Assembly: GCA_963813075.1 (NCBI GenBank)
Contig: CAWEXU010000005.1
Location: 64,001-128,000 of the forward strand
DNA: 64,000 nucleotides
Direction: 5' to 3'
From: Methanotrichaceae archaeon
Lineage (GTDB): Archaea > Halobacteriota > Methanosarcinia > Methanotrichales > Methanotrichaceae
Part shown: in pieces, positions 14,697-24,565 of the stretch
Position numbering within the stretch: the stretch's first letter is position 1
Layout: each line of letters begins with the position of its first letter
The notes under the pieces: model-generated
Seen by the model: only the letters and a program-made list of their open reading frames with translations
Told to the model about the DNA's origin: nothing
The model's database searches: none
Translations under genes and position numbers: made by a program

Positions 14697-15317
14697 TCAG
14701 ATGACATGCGGAATGAACATCTTCGTTTTCTTTTTGTAATCGATATACTCCTGGCCGAACTCCTTGACCATGTCTGCCTCCTCTCTCTTCGCCAGACGGT
14801 AGTAGAGGACGACCAGCAGGACATAGAGAATGAGCAACGGCAATGTGACCCATTCCAGCATCATTCCAAAGGTGATCAGGAAGAATCCGATGTACTGTGG
14901 ATGGCGGATATGGCGGTATATGCCGGTCTGGACCAGTTTGCCCTCTCCTGCCTCCTGGCTCCAGTACTCCTTATGAATCTGCCTCCAGCCCACCAGCACC
15001 AGGACAATGCCCAAGAGAGAGACCATAATCCCCAGATACATCCCCCACAGGCCGATGTACTGGCCCAGGGTGTGTCCCCAAAAGACCCCCTCCGGCAGCC
15101 AGATGCCAAACAGCCAGCCCAGGGCATACATGCTGAAGGGAATCCCGAACATCTCCACTGCAAATGCCAGCACAAAAGCGGCATAGACCCCGGCCGGCTT
15201 TATGTGGCTCTTTTTGTAGAAGGGGACAAACAGAAGAAAAATGCCGTAAATGACAATCCAGACAAGAACCGCCCACCACATTCCAAAGTGGGACCAAATA
15301 TCCTCGTTCAATACCAT
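14697..15317 (-). CDS. Isoprenylcysteine carboxyl methyltransferase family membrane protein
   Basis: LVQTGIYRHIRHPQY, REEADM..EFG.EY..YKK. Confidence 0.85.
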   Translation of the reverse strand: MVLNEDIWSHFGMWWAVLVWIVIYGIFLLFVPFYKKSHIKPAGVYAAFVLAFAVEMFGIPFSMYALGWLFGIWLPEGVFWGHTLGQYIGLWGMYLGIMVSLLGIVLVLVGWRQIHKEYWSQEAGEGKLVQTGIYRHIRHPQYIGFFLITFGMMLEWVTLPLLILYVLLVVLYYRLAKREEADMVKEFGQEYIDYKKKTKMFIPHVI

Positions 15318-15552
15318 GTCAGGTCATCTGATTTAATTTTTCTTTTTCAAATAAGCGGTGCATAAACTCAATTGCTGCCTTACAGCTTCTAGGCAGTTGA
15401 ACACATCGATCTTTAAGTACTTTTCTGCCATTGCTGCCGCGGGGAAGGCATTTATCGCCGCCCAGGCAAAGGGGGGCCAAGGCCCTCATCATTTTTCCTG
15501 AAGAAAGCTTTTTCATCCATCCGCGACAATATTTTATGAGGAGCTGAAGGAT

Positions 15553-15930
15553 ATGGAAGGACTGACTGACATTCTGAAGACCATAACCACGGAGATGCAA
15601 AAGTCCCTCTCCCCCCGGACAGCGGTTGGCGATCCCATCACGGTAGAGGGGAAGACCATAGTGCCACTGATGAGCGTGGGGATGGGCTTTGGGGCTGGAT
15701 CCGGGACGGGAAAGGAGACCGATCCCTCGGGAGGAGCAGGCGGTGGGGGCCTGGGTATGAAGCCCATAGCCGTGGTGATAATCGACCAGCAGGGAGTGAG
15801 AATAGAGAGGATGAAGGAGAGCCGTGACACCCTGGTCGATCACCTGGTGGAAGCGGTGCCCAGGTTTATGGAGAACATCTCCCGCAAAAAGGAGACCAGG
15901 GTGGAGATCGAGGGGGCCGGAGGGGATTGA
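15553..15930 (+). CDS. GerW/YtfJ family protein
   Basis: VGDPITVEGKTIVP...GFGAG...GGGGLGMKPIAV. Confidence 0.85.
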   Translation: MEGLTDILKTITTEMQKSLSPRTAVGDPITVEGKTIVPLMSVGMGFGAGSGTGKETDPSGGAGGGGLGMKPIAVVIIDQQGVRIERMKESRDTLVDHLVEAVPRFMENISRKKETRVEIEGAGGD

Positions 15931-16011
15931 AGGAATCTGGCGGGACAGAGCAGTTGATATTCCAGCAATTATCGTCGGCTCGTGGATCCCGCCATCGTGG
16001 TTTATTCTGCT

Positions 16012-16473
16012 TTAGACTTCAAGCTCCTTGCCTGCATCCTGCCAGGCAGAAATTCCGCCCTGCACAATCCATGCGTCGCGGTCACCGAATACTCTTAGCA
16101 TAGCTACAGCCAAGGCGGAGTTGGTATCGTAAGTGCAGACCACTGCGATCTTCTTGTCAGCAGGAACGGCATCCATATCAGAGACGATATTCGTGAACGG
16201 GATGTTCATAGAATTGGGAATATGCCCTGATGCATAGCCCTCCTCCGGTCTTACGTCCAGGATGACCCAATCAGCCATTTCGGTTTCGTTCTCCGTGGCA
16301 TTAATCACATCTGAGACGGGTATGAGATAAAGACCGTTATCCATCATGCCCTTCATGACGTCATCTGCTTTCATCATATAGTCCGGCGAAGCCTCTTGCC
16401 CGGCTGCCAGCAGGCCGAGAACTGGTATTAGTACTGCTAATATTGCCACAATTATCCTTTTCATAGAAATCAC
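16012..16473 (-). CDS. Secreted rhodanese-like domain protein
   Basis: Signal peptide; ILDVR...GHIP...VVC...GGISAW. Confidence 0.85.
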   Translation of the reverse strand: MISMKRIIVAILAVLIPVLGLLAAGQEASPDYMMKADDVMKGMMDNGLYLIPVSDVINATENETEMADWVILDVRPEEGYASGHIPNSMNIPFTNIVSDMDAVPADKKIAVVCTYDTNSALAVAMLRVFGDRDAWIVQGGISAWQDAGKELEV

Positions 16474-16598
16474 GGTTTAACTTACGCCGGCTAAATATTT
16501 AAGTATTACTACAAAATGACAAATTGATCTATTAATAGTCCATAATTTGCCATTATATCATTAATTATAATGCCAAAAGCGTTTTCTTGAGCAAAACC

Positions 16599-16710
16599 CG
16601 GCATTCTCCTGGTCGTGGCATCCTTCTTCCAAGGTGATTCGAATACTTGCTAATATCCAATTCTGAATAGTCGAGAATCCGCCATTAGTCGGCCTTCTCA
16701 GAGAATGCCG
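16599..16710 (+). ncRNA. Candidate small structured RNA
   Basis: 10-bp terminal inverted repeat CGGCATTCTC/GAGAATGCCG with internal stems; TATA-like TTAATTATAA at 16561-16570. Confidence 0.25.
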
Positions 16711-16917
16711 CACTCATCAAGCTCAGCGATCGAATGTGCGATCTTAACGGCAACCTTGACACCGCCCGCCGTCTTTCGCGATCTGGTTATGAGATCTGCT
16801 GGCTGGCCAGACGCCGGCTAGCCTTTCATGCAATCCTTTTCTTAGCCCCTGATCCAGAAGCCTCGTTCTCCCCCGGATCGAAAGCTTTTTTATACTCTAA
16901 TTCATTCCTTATGGGGA

Positions 16918-17202
16918 ATGAGCGAGGGAAATATCGAAGAGGAAAAGAAGAGCTCTGCCAGGCAGAAGCCCGATCAAAAGAATAAGCTGGACCTGAAAAG
17001 CAAGCTGGAAGATGTGGACCTGGGGGTCACAATGCCCTCAACCAACATAAATGAATACATCCGCGTCCTGAAGCTGGCTCGAAAGCCCACCAGAGAAGAG
17101 TTCAACATGATCGCCAAGATATCCATGGCCGGCATAGGAATCATTGGGTCCCTTGGCTTTGTCATATACGCATTGCTCACAGAACTTCCCAAAATGTTTT
17201 AA
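16918..17202 (+). CDS. secE: Protein translocase SecE/Sec61-gamma
   Basis: EYIRVLKLARKPTREEF...GIGIIGSLGFVIY. Confidence 0.9.
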   Translation: MSEGNIEEEKKSSARQKPDQKNKLDLKSKLEDVDLGVTMPSTNINEYIRVLKLARKPTREEFNMIAKISMAGIGIIGSLGFVIYALLTELPKMF

Positions 17203-17272
17203 ATGAGGCTGCTCAAGTCCAGAGCAGCCATAAACTAGCTTTGCTTTGTCTTCTTTTATCCTTTTGGACTCT

Positions 17273-18383
17273 CTATTCAGCCTGGGCTTTATTCATAGCC
17301 CGGAGGGTGGCTCCAAACTCCGATTCCACAATTGAGCTCACTCCCATGGTCTTGGGGTGCAGATCGATCTCCACCATGACATGCTGATGGCCCAGATCGC
17401 GCAGGGGCTTGACCTGGCGGGGTCCGTTGGTGATGGAGAAGACCTCCAGGCCCTGCAGGGCGGACGCGGTCAGGGCATGGGGCACACCGGAAACCACGGC
17501 AAAGTCGTAGCTGCCCTCCTGGACCCGCTGAGCGATGATGTCCCCGGTAACCGGATACTCGTCCAGACCTCCGATAAGGCTGAACTGGACGCCCCTGTCC
17601 CGAAGGTCGCGAGCGACATTGAAGGCGTCCCTCCTCACCTTGGGCAGGCCGAGCTGATCGTCCAGGTTGGCCAGGGTGTCCACCTGCCCTCCAGCCACCT
17701 CGGCCACCGCGGCGGTGATGTCCGCAAACATATAGGCGGTCTCCTTCTTGGCATTGAGGATATTCAGGCCCCGCTTCCCCTGCCGGATCAGCTCCAACAG
17801 CCTTTCTGCCGCCTGATACTTCAGGTCGCCCCTCTCCGGAGCCAGGTACTCGGCGCTGGCCGCCCCTCTGCAGACGTTCCACCTCGGTCGCCTTCTCCAG
17901 CAGAGTCTTCTGGCGGACGAACTCCTGCTCATCTATTATCCCCAAATCCTTTGCCGCCTCAAGAGTGATGATCACCCCCTTGGTGTTATCCCGGTAGCCG
18001 GCATGAACCTCCACCTCCAGCACCGGTATATTCAGGTCCGCCTCTAAAACTGCCTGATGCAGGTCATCGCCGATGATCATGCTGCTGCAGGTACCGGATA
18101 TGGCCATCAGCCGGGGATGAAACAATTCCACCGCCTTCTTGAGAAGAGCAGTCAGCGGCTTGTGGCCGCCGAAGACGAACCCGGCTTCGTCCAGTGCTGT
18201 GGTCAGGACCCTCACTCCGTCCTCCTCCAGCAGCCGGGCGTGCTTGAAGCAGCATCCGCTCGGGCCGTGCAGTATGACCACCTCCGCCCCCAGGTCGCGC
18301 AGGGTGTATAAAGCGGCCACAATTGAACTCGGCCGGGGATGAAGCACATTCAAATTTTGCATTTCGCTTGCTATTATTGCCAT
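17273..18383 (-). CDS. cfbD: Ni-sirohydrochlorin a,c-diamide reductive cyclase catalytic subunit (frameshift ~17870)
   Basis: [42 protein letters not shown]. Confidence 0.92.
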
Positions 18384-18388
18384 TATTA

Positions 18389-19645
18389 TCACCTGAAACA
18401 TTTAACTGCGCTGAGCAGCCTTTTGGGGCGAGAGAATTCTGCCTTCTTCAGCCCCTCTGCGAGGTCTCGGGCCGTCTTTGCCCCCAGCTCTGCCGCCAGG
18501 GGACGGAGCCTCTCACCCACCAGGATCAGCTCATCGATCTCCCCACGCCTCTCTCTGAGAAGCTCAGCCAGGAGGGGTATGTCCAGGCCCTCGCAGACCG
18601 TCTGGGCATCCTCTCCCACCACTGCAGCCAGATCGGGGCCCCGAGCCTTATCCAGGGCTCTTTCGATATCACTTACCTTAAGCCCGGAGTTGGAGCTATC
18701 GAATACCGTCCGCCCGTCCAGCCGCTCGATTTTCATCCGGCCAAAGAAGCCTCCAAATCCCTCCAGCGCCCTGGCCGTCTCTTCCTTTTCCACTCCCAGG
18801 AGCTCGGCAGCCGCAGCCGCCCCGGATATTGCCGTCTGATAGCTGGCAAAATCCAGATCCTCGCCTAAAGATAGGCTCAGCCTCTCCTCTCCATAGACCA
18901 GCTCATCCGGCAGGGCCTGAACCCGGCCCCCTTCAGCAAAGGAGATGTCTGGCGAGGTCCGGCAATCCGCGTTGGCCGCCAGCCTCGAGCCCCGACGGGC
19001 TAATGAGAGCATCTGCAGCTTGGCGGTGCTCGCCCACCTGGTGCCGGCGGCTATGCGGTAGTCGCCAGAGAAGCTGGTCAAGACCCCCAGATCAGCCAGG
19101 CCGGTGCCGCCCAAAGAGATCTCGCATATCAGGGCCTCGGCCCCGTGAGACAACGCCTCTTCTCTGGCCAGGATCACATTGGCGGGGGTGATGCTCAGCC
19201 CCTCTTTCAAGAGCTCTGGTCTGCCCTCTGACCAGATCTCCAGGCCGCGGGTGGTATGGGATAAGACCCTCTTTTGCCGGGATAAGATCATGGCCAGTAA
19301 AAGTGCAGTGGTGGTCTTGCTGTGCGTTCCTGTAACCTCGATCTTCCGCAGGTCATCAGGGATCGAGCCCATCATGAGCTCACCCACCGCCTGATGATGG
19401 CTGATGATCCTCTTACCAAGACCCCTCGCCTGGACCAGATGAGGATTGGCTGGCGAGAGGTGTATTGGGGCCACCACCTCATCGAAGGCATCAAGGCTGG
19501 TGGTGTGATGGTACACCTCCAGGGGCTGGGCCAGAATGCCGCTCTCGACCATCTTCCGGGCGATGACCTCTGCACCGTGGATGGTGTCCAGGACAGCTAC
19601 TCTAAAGATTCTTCTGCCCGCTTTATCGCCAGTGCTGCTATGCAT
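18389..19645 (-). CDS. cfbE: Coenzyme F430 synthetase (Mur ligase-like)
   Basis: [36 protein letters not shown]; lies between cfbA and cfbD. Confidence 0.9.
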   Translation of the reverse strand: MHSSTGDKAGRRIFRVAVLDTIHGAEVIARKMVESGILAQPLEVYHHTTSLDAFDEVVAPIHLSPANPHLVQARGLGKRIISHHQAVGELMMGSIPDDLRKIEVTGTHSKTTTALLLAMILSRQKRVLSHTTRGLEIWSEGRPELLKEGLSITPANVILAREEALSHGAEALICEISLGGTGLADLGVLTSFSGDYRIAAGTRWASTAKLQMLSLARRGSRLAANADCRTSPDISFAEGGRVQALPDELVYGEERLSLSLGEDLDFASYQTAISGAAAAAELLGVEKEETARALEGFGGFFGRMKIERLDGRTVFDSSNSGLKVSDIERALDKARGPDLAAVVGEDAQTVCEGLDIPLLAELLRERRGEIDELILVGERLRPLAAELGAKTARDLAEGLKKAEFSRPKRLLSAVKCFR

Positions 19646-19992
19646 TCGTCCACGCCCAGGGGCTCGGCGCAGATTACCTCCACCTCATCCCCCCAGATGT
19701 TCAAGACGCCTCTGCGCTTCTCCGGGTCCACGCCCAATTCATGCGGTATATCCTGGCGGGTGTGAACGCCATGAGCTAAGAAGAGGGGCAGAGCGATGAT
19801 CTTCTTCACACCGGTGCCCTGGAAGCTCTTCAGGCCGGCGGGAATGTCTGGCTGGTTCATATTGAGATAAGCGGTTCTGACCGGTCCGGAGCTGTTGTTC
19901 TTGCCGATCATCTGGGCGAGAGACTCCACCAGCTCCCTGTTGAATGGCAGGCTGGATCCATGCCCGAGTACGAGTATGCCTACGTCCTTCAT
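19597..19992 (-). CDS. cfbA: Sirohydrochlorin nickelochelatase
   Basis: GHGS, PLFLAHGVHTRQDIP, EPLG; CbiX-small type in cfb cluster. Confidence 0.9.
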   Translation of the reverse strand: MKDVGILVLGHGSSLPFNRELVESLAQMIGKNNSSGPVRTAYLNMNQPDIPAGLKSFQGTGVKKIIALPLFLAHGVHTRQDIPHELGVDPEKRRGVLNIWGDEVEVICAEPLGVDECIAALAIKRAEESLE

Positions 19993-20210
19993 GAAATCAC
20001 CAGTATTACTTTTTTTAGTTCTCGTGTTAATAGTAGGATTGTAATCGTCAGTACTAAACCCTTTCGAGACAATCGGCCATTGAGCGAAGAAAGAGTGGAC
20101 CTAAGCGCCCAGAATCGTAGCAAAAAAGTGGCGGATTTCAGGCTAAAGTCGTGCCCGGAAATGATATCTCTGGCCAAATATCCCGGCCTGAATGCGTCGC
20201 TAAGATGGGA

Positions 20211-20783
20211 TCAGCGGGAGAAGTACTTCTCAAATACCCCGGCGATCTCACCAGGAGTTTCCAGAATATAGACATCCTCGGTGCGCCGGAGCTTATCTAC
20301 GTTTTCTGCATCCTCTTTTCTGATTCTCAGCTTCATCTCGCTCCCGTCGGGGAGGATGGTGGTCAGGATCCCGGGGGCATAGTCGCAGGGCATGATATAG
20401 GTGGGCACAAATGCCTTCTGGGACATGATGGCCGCATTGGAGAGCAGTGAGTCTGCCAAACCCAGGGCGATCTTGGTTACGGTGTTGGAAGTGGTGGGAG
20501 CTATGATCAGGAACTCATAGCGCCTCACCTGCAGCTGGCCGGCGAGGAAGGGGGAGTTGGAGTTGATCTCCACCCAGACCTTATCGAAGTGCTTCTCCAG
20601 GGTATTGAAGAGCTTGTAGTACTTTATCACCTGCTCTCCTGCCTTGGATACGAAGACCCTTACATCCACCACATCATCATACTGCTTTTGCAGCTCTATC
20701 ATCTTCTCGACCGTCTCGGTGATGCGGTCGCCACTGCCCGTAATTCCCCAGGCGATCTTTCTCTTTGCCCCTTTATTTGCCAT
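20211..20783 (-). CDS. afpA: Archaeoflavoprotein AfpA
   Basis: IAWGITGSG, NSPFLAG, APTTSNTVTKIALG, LRIRKED. Confidence 0.85.
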   Translation of the reverse strand: MANKGAKRKIAWGITGSGDRITETVEKMIELQKQYDDVVDVRVFVSKAGEQVIKYYKLFNTLEKHFDKVWVEINSNSPFLAGQLQVRRYEFLIIAPTTSNTVTKIALGLADSLLSNAAIMSQKAFVPTYIMPCDYAPGILTTILPDGSEMKLRIRKEDAENVDKLRRTEDVYILETPGEIAGVFEKYFSR

Positions 20784-20833
20784 GGCTGTCACCCTGAATC
20801 CGAAACTCTTAAAAGCTCATCCAAATGGACATT

Positions 20834-21427
20834 TTATTTATCGACTCTTTTCAACCACTCCAGGGTCTCGGCAAAGCGGCGGGTGGTCTTGCGCAGGGAT
20901 CTGAATCCCTCTTCATCCTTTTCTGCCTCCTCTAAGGTATCATGGGACCAGAAGGTTGCCCCGAGGTTGGCGCCGAAAAATCCCCCGCTCACCGGGATCA
21001 TGCCGTTGAGAATGTAGAAGGCATGGATCTGCTGCACCGCCAGCTCCTGGCCGCCCATGCGATCTCCCCCGATGGCTATAGCCATGCCCGGCTTATGCCG
21101 CAACGATTTGGGTTCCGCGGCCAGAGTAGCCCGGGTCCGGTCTATGGCGATCTTCAACTGGGCGCTCATGCTGCCGTTATAGACCGGGGTGGCCAGGACA
21201 AAGCCCTCTGCCTCCCGGATCAGGGGATAGAGCTGGTACATATCGTCCTTGACGATGCACTCCTTGTTCTTCAGGCAGTAGTCGCAGTGCCTGCAAGGGC
21301 TGATGTTCTTGCCTCGCATGGGGAAAAGCTGGGTCTCGTAGCCCTTCTCCTCCAGCATCTTGAGGGCCACACCCAAAATATGCTCTGTGGCCTTCTTGCG
21401 CGGGCTGCCTGATATGCCAAGAATCAT
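20834..21427 (-). CDS. Iron-sulfur flavoprotein (Isf)/flavodoxin family
   Basis: GISGSPR, CRHCDYC.....C, TPVY, GGQE. Confidence 0.9.
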   Translation of the reverse strand: MILGISGSPRKKATEHILGVALKMLEEKGYETQLFPMRGKNISPCRHCDYCLKNKECIVKDDMYQLYPLIREAEGFVLATPVYNGSMSAQLKIAIDRTRATLAAEPKSLRHKPGMAIAIGGDRMGGQELAVQQIHAFYILNGMIPVSGGFFGANLGATFWSHDTLEEAEKDEEGFRSLRKTTRRFAETLEWLKRVDK

Positions 21428-21503
21428 GATATTGTATTGGCGCTGATGATATTTCAGACTTGCCAGCAGGACGGCATCGGCGGAAGGGGTTGACGCAGAA
21501 AAA

Positions 21504-21707
21504 TCAGAGCAGACCGCGATTCTCCAGGCGCAGCCGTATCATCTCATCCACCTCAGCCGGGCTGGTGGCGAAGACCTCCTGCAGGATCTCTTTTGCCGTC
21601 TCCAGCTCCTGGGCTTTTCTGTTCAGACCGATTCCGAAGACTGCCTTGGGCTCCATTTTTGACCCCTTTAGCCTGGGCCAGATCAGCTGCTCGAGAATGC
21701 CTGCCAT
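21504..21707 (-). CDS. Small hypothetical protein
   Basis: ~67-aa ORF (AKEILQEVFATSPAEVDEMIRLRLE); start uncertain. Confidence 0.5.
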   Translation of the reverse strand: MAGILEQLIWPRLKGSKMEPKAVFGIGLNRKAQELETAKEILQEVFATSPAEVDEMIRLRLENRGLL

Positions 21708-21990
21708 GATCCTCAACTTAGTACGTGTAAGAATAAAAACATTGCTGTCAAGAATGATATCTATAAATCTTTTTATCCATTTTTACAAGTATGTATAAGA
21801 TACAAAGACCTCCAATAAAATCCCTCCATAAATGGCCTTTCATAATTGCCAGGTGAAAAAGGGTGGGCGTGCGGGGCGAAAGTGTTTGCCACTGCCGCCG
21901 GCAGGATGGGAAAAGTGTATTATCAAGGCCTGCGGTCAGTATGATATCATCTTCGATAAGGGAGATATTCTACAGGATGTGGGCAGCACT

Positions 21991-22470
21991 ATGATCAAGG
22001 GCAAGGCATGGATCTTCGGCGACGACGTGGACACGGATGTGATCATACCGGGAAGGTACCTGCGGACGCGAGACCGCCATCTTTGGGCGGAGCATGTCAT
22101 GGAGGGCATAGACCCTCAATTTGCATCCCGTGTCGGGAAGGGAGACATAATTGTGGCCGGGGAAAACTTCGGCAGCGGCTCGTCTCGCGAGCAGGCACCA
22201 GTGGCACTGAAAGAGGCGGGGGTGGCGGCGGTGGTGGCCCGGTCATTTGCCCGCATATTCTACCGGAACGCAATCAACGTCGGACTCCCCCTCATCGAGG
22301 CGGCTCCCCTCTGCCGGGAGGGTGATCTGGTGGAGGTGGACCTTTTAGCCGGCACGGTGCGGGTAAAGGACAGAGTCTATCAGGGAGTTCGCCTGCCTGA
22401 CTTTCTAATGGAGATCCTGGAGGACGGGGGACTGGTGGCCCACCGACGACGGGAGAGAGGTTTGGACTGA
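21991..22470 (+). CDS. aksE: Homoaconitase/isopropylmalate isomerase small subunit, YLRT (homoaconitase) type
   Basis: [41 protein letters not shown]. Confidence 0.8.
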   Translation: MIKGKAWIFGDDVDTDVIIPGRYLRTRDRHLWAEHVMEGIDPQFASRVGKGDIIVAGENFGSGSSREQAPVALKEAGVAAVVARSFARIFYRNAINVGLPLIEAAPLCREGDLVEVDLLAGTVRVKDRVYQGVRLPDFLMEILEDGGLVAHRRRERGLD

Positions 22471-22475
22471 CTGGC

Positions 22476-23303
22476 ATGATCTTTCCAGATAGCTACAAAT
22501 ATGTGGGCATAAAGGACCGGGAGGAGCGGGGCGCCCCCATCTACTTTTCCACCCAGTTTCTGATCAGCCGGGACGGCCCCAGCCTCTATGCAGTGAAAAG
22601 CAAGGGCTCGGGCTTCATGAGAGATGTTCAGGATCTGGAGCTGATCGCCTCCGGCCAAAAGATCGCTTTCTATCCGGAGAGGGTGGACACCAGGAACCGG
22701 ACCCTTCTGGTCGATCTGGCATATGATATCACCCGGGAGGGCAGGGCGAACACGGTGGTCTTCCAGGGCCCGGACGAGCACATCACCTTCGTTATGGACC
22801 CTGATCCCGGCCAGGTGCTGAAAATCGAGGTCATGGACGTCTCCCCCCCTGACCCTCCCTGGCTGATCTATGCTCTGCAGAGGCTGGAGGAGTGCGGAGT
22901 GCTGGGGGACCTGATGGTGAGGTTCGTGCCCAGGATTCTGAACCTGGAGAGCTTCTACTGCCCGCAAGTTTACTATCCCTGCCGGGCGGGGGGGCTGGGA
23001 AGGTCGCTGGACTCGGATCCTGTGGTCCACGAGCGGCCGAGGATCGTGGGCTGCGAGGTATCGCGGGAGATATTTCTGGCCAATAATCCGGGAAAGGAGC
23101 ACGAATTCATCAATGTCTGTCCCCTGCACTGCCGGGAGGCGGAGTTCGAGCCCCAGGGGCCGTTCATCACCCGCTGTTGCCGCTCCGAGCGTCGGGGGAG
23201 GACGAACAAGTGCGGCCAGCCGGGAATTGTTGTCCACTGGGGTGACGGCCCCTGGGAGATAGCGGAGGCGGTAAGGTGTCTGGTCAGGGATCTAAGAGGG
23301 TAG
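22476..23303 (+). CDS. Cys-rich hypothetical protein in aksE-aksF operon
   Basis: 275 aa; YPCRAGG, VGCEVS, VCPLHC, TRCCRSE, VVHWG. Confidence 0.75.
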   Translation: MIFPDSYKYVGIKDREERGAPIYFSTQFLISRDGPSLYAVKSKGSGFMRDVQDLELIASGQKIAFYPERVDTRNRTLLVDLAYDITREGRANTVVFQGPDEHITFVMDPDPGQVLKIEVMDVSPPDPPWLIYALQRLEECGVLGDLMVRFVPRILNLESFYCPQVYYPCRAGGLGRSLDSDPVVHERPRIVGCEVSREIFLANNPGKEHEFINVCPLHCREAEFEPQGPFITRCCRSERRGRTNKCGQPGIVVHWGDGPWEIAEAVRCLVRDLRG

Positions 23304-24261
23304 CGGTAGTCGCCGGGGACGGCATCGGCCCGGAGGTGGTGGATAGCGCCCTGGAGGTGTTGCGTGCCGCGGGCGCAGATCTAGATCTGGTTCGGGTGGA
23401 GGTGGGCCTGGGCCGCTGGAAGAGAACGGGCGAAGCCATGGGGGATGAGGACCTGGAGACAATCAGGGAGTGTGACTGCATTCTTTTTGGGGCGATCACC
23501 ACCCCCCCGGACCCCGGCTACCGGAGCGTTCTCTTGAGGATGCGAAAGGCTCTGGACCTTTATGCCAACATCCGGCCCTTTCAGTCTAAGGATCTTGATT
23601 TCATCATCGTGCGGGAGAACACCGAGGGGCTCTACTCCGGAATCGAAGAGGTGGGGGAGGATGTGTCGCGCACCACCAGGGTGATAACCCGCCTTGGTTC
23701 AGAGCGGATCGCAGAGGCGGCCTGCGACCTGGCGGCAAAGCGCCGCCAACTGACCATCATCCACAAGTCCAATGTGCTGAAAAGCGACTGGCTCTTTCTC
23801 CAGACCTGCCGGGAGGTGGCGGAGCGGCGGGGGGTTCCATACGAGGATATGCTGGTGGACGCTGCCGCCTACAACCTGGTGAGGAACCCCAAGAGATTCG
23901 ATGTCCTGGTCACCACCAACCTCTTCGGAGACATCCTGAGCGACGAGGCGGCGGGGGTGGTGGGGAGCCTGGGCCTGTGCGCCAGCGCCAACATCTGGGG
24001 ACGTCCCACGCTTTATTCGAGCCCATCCACGGCAGCGCGCCGGATATCGCTGGAAAGGGGATTGCCAACCCGATAGGAGCTATACGCAGCGCTGCCATGA
24101 TGATGAGCTGGCTTGGCGATGCCCGCGCAGCGAGCCGGATCGAGGCGGCAGTGAAAAGGGCGCTGGCCGCGGGGATGAAGACGCCGGATCTGGGCGGCAG
24201 ATGTTCTACCTCAGAGGTAACAGGAGCGGTGGTCGGATATCTGATGGCAGAAGGAAAATGA
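23276..24261 (+). CDS. aksF: Isocitrate/isopropylmalate dehydrogenase family, probably homoisocitrate dehydrogenase (frameshift ~23996)
   Basis: [49 protein letters not shown]; operon with YLRT-type small subunit. Confidence 0.75.
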
Positions 24262-24306
24262 AAGGCTGGCGCAAAGTTCAATATTAATAAAAAAAGTGCA
24301 TCCGAC

Positions 24307-24426
24307 CTACTTCCTTCGCCCCATGCGGCGGGCGAACCAGCGGGACAGGCTCCAGGGGAGGCTGTTCTCCAGCCTTTTCCTGATCACTTCCGGGCTGTCT
24401 CTTCTCTTTTTTGACTGCCTGCTCAT
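24307..24426 (-). CDS. Small basic peptide (39 aa)
   Basis: MSRQSKKRRDSPEVIRKRLENSLPWSLSRWFARRMGRRK; fills an otherwise empty intergenic space. Confidence 0.4.
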   Translation of the reverse strand: MSRQSKKRRDSPEVIRKRLENSLPWSLSRWFARRMGRRK

Positions 24427-24565
24427 GAAATCCACTCTGTGCAAATTATCTATTCCCTATGGTTAATACCTGATGGTCCAGGATACCTTATGGTCAGGGC
24501 GAAGGGGAAAGGAATGGAGCCCTTGTCCTCCCTTCACCTCTCCAGATCCATCTGGCCGGCAGCTT

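Noticed and set aside
17860..17880. Programmed frameshift in cfbD and other split genes
   Set aside because: No slippery heptamer or shared signal; scattered indels are better explained as sequence error
20001..20060. NikR operator upstream of cfbA
   Set aside because: Only imperfect AT-rich half-sites with inconsistent spacing
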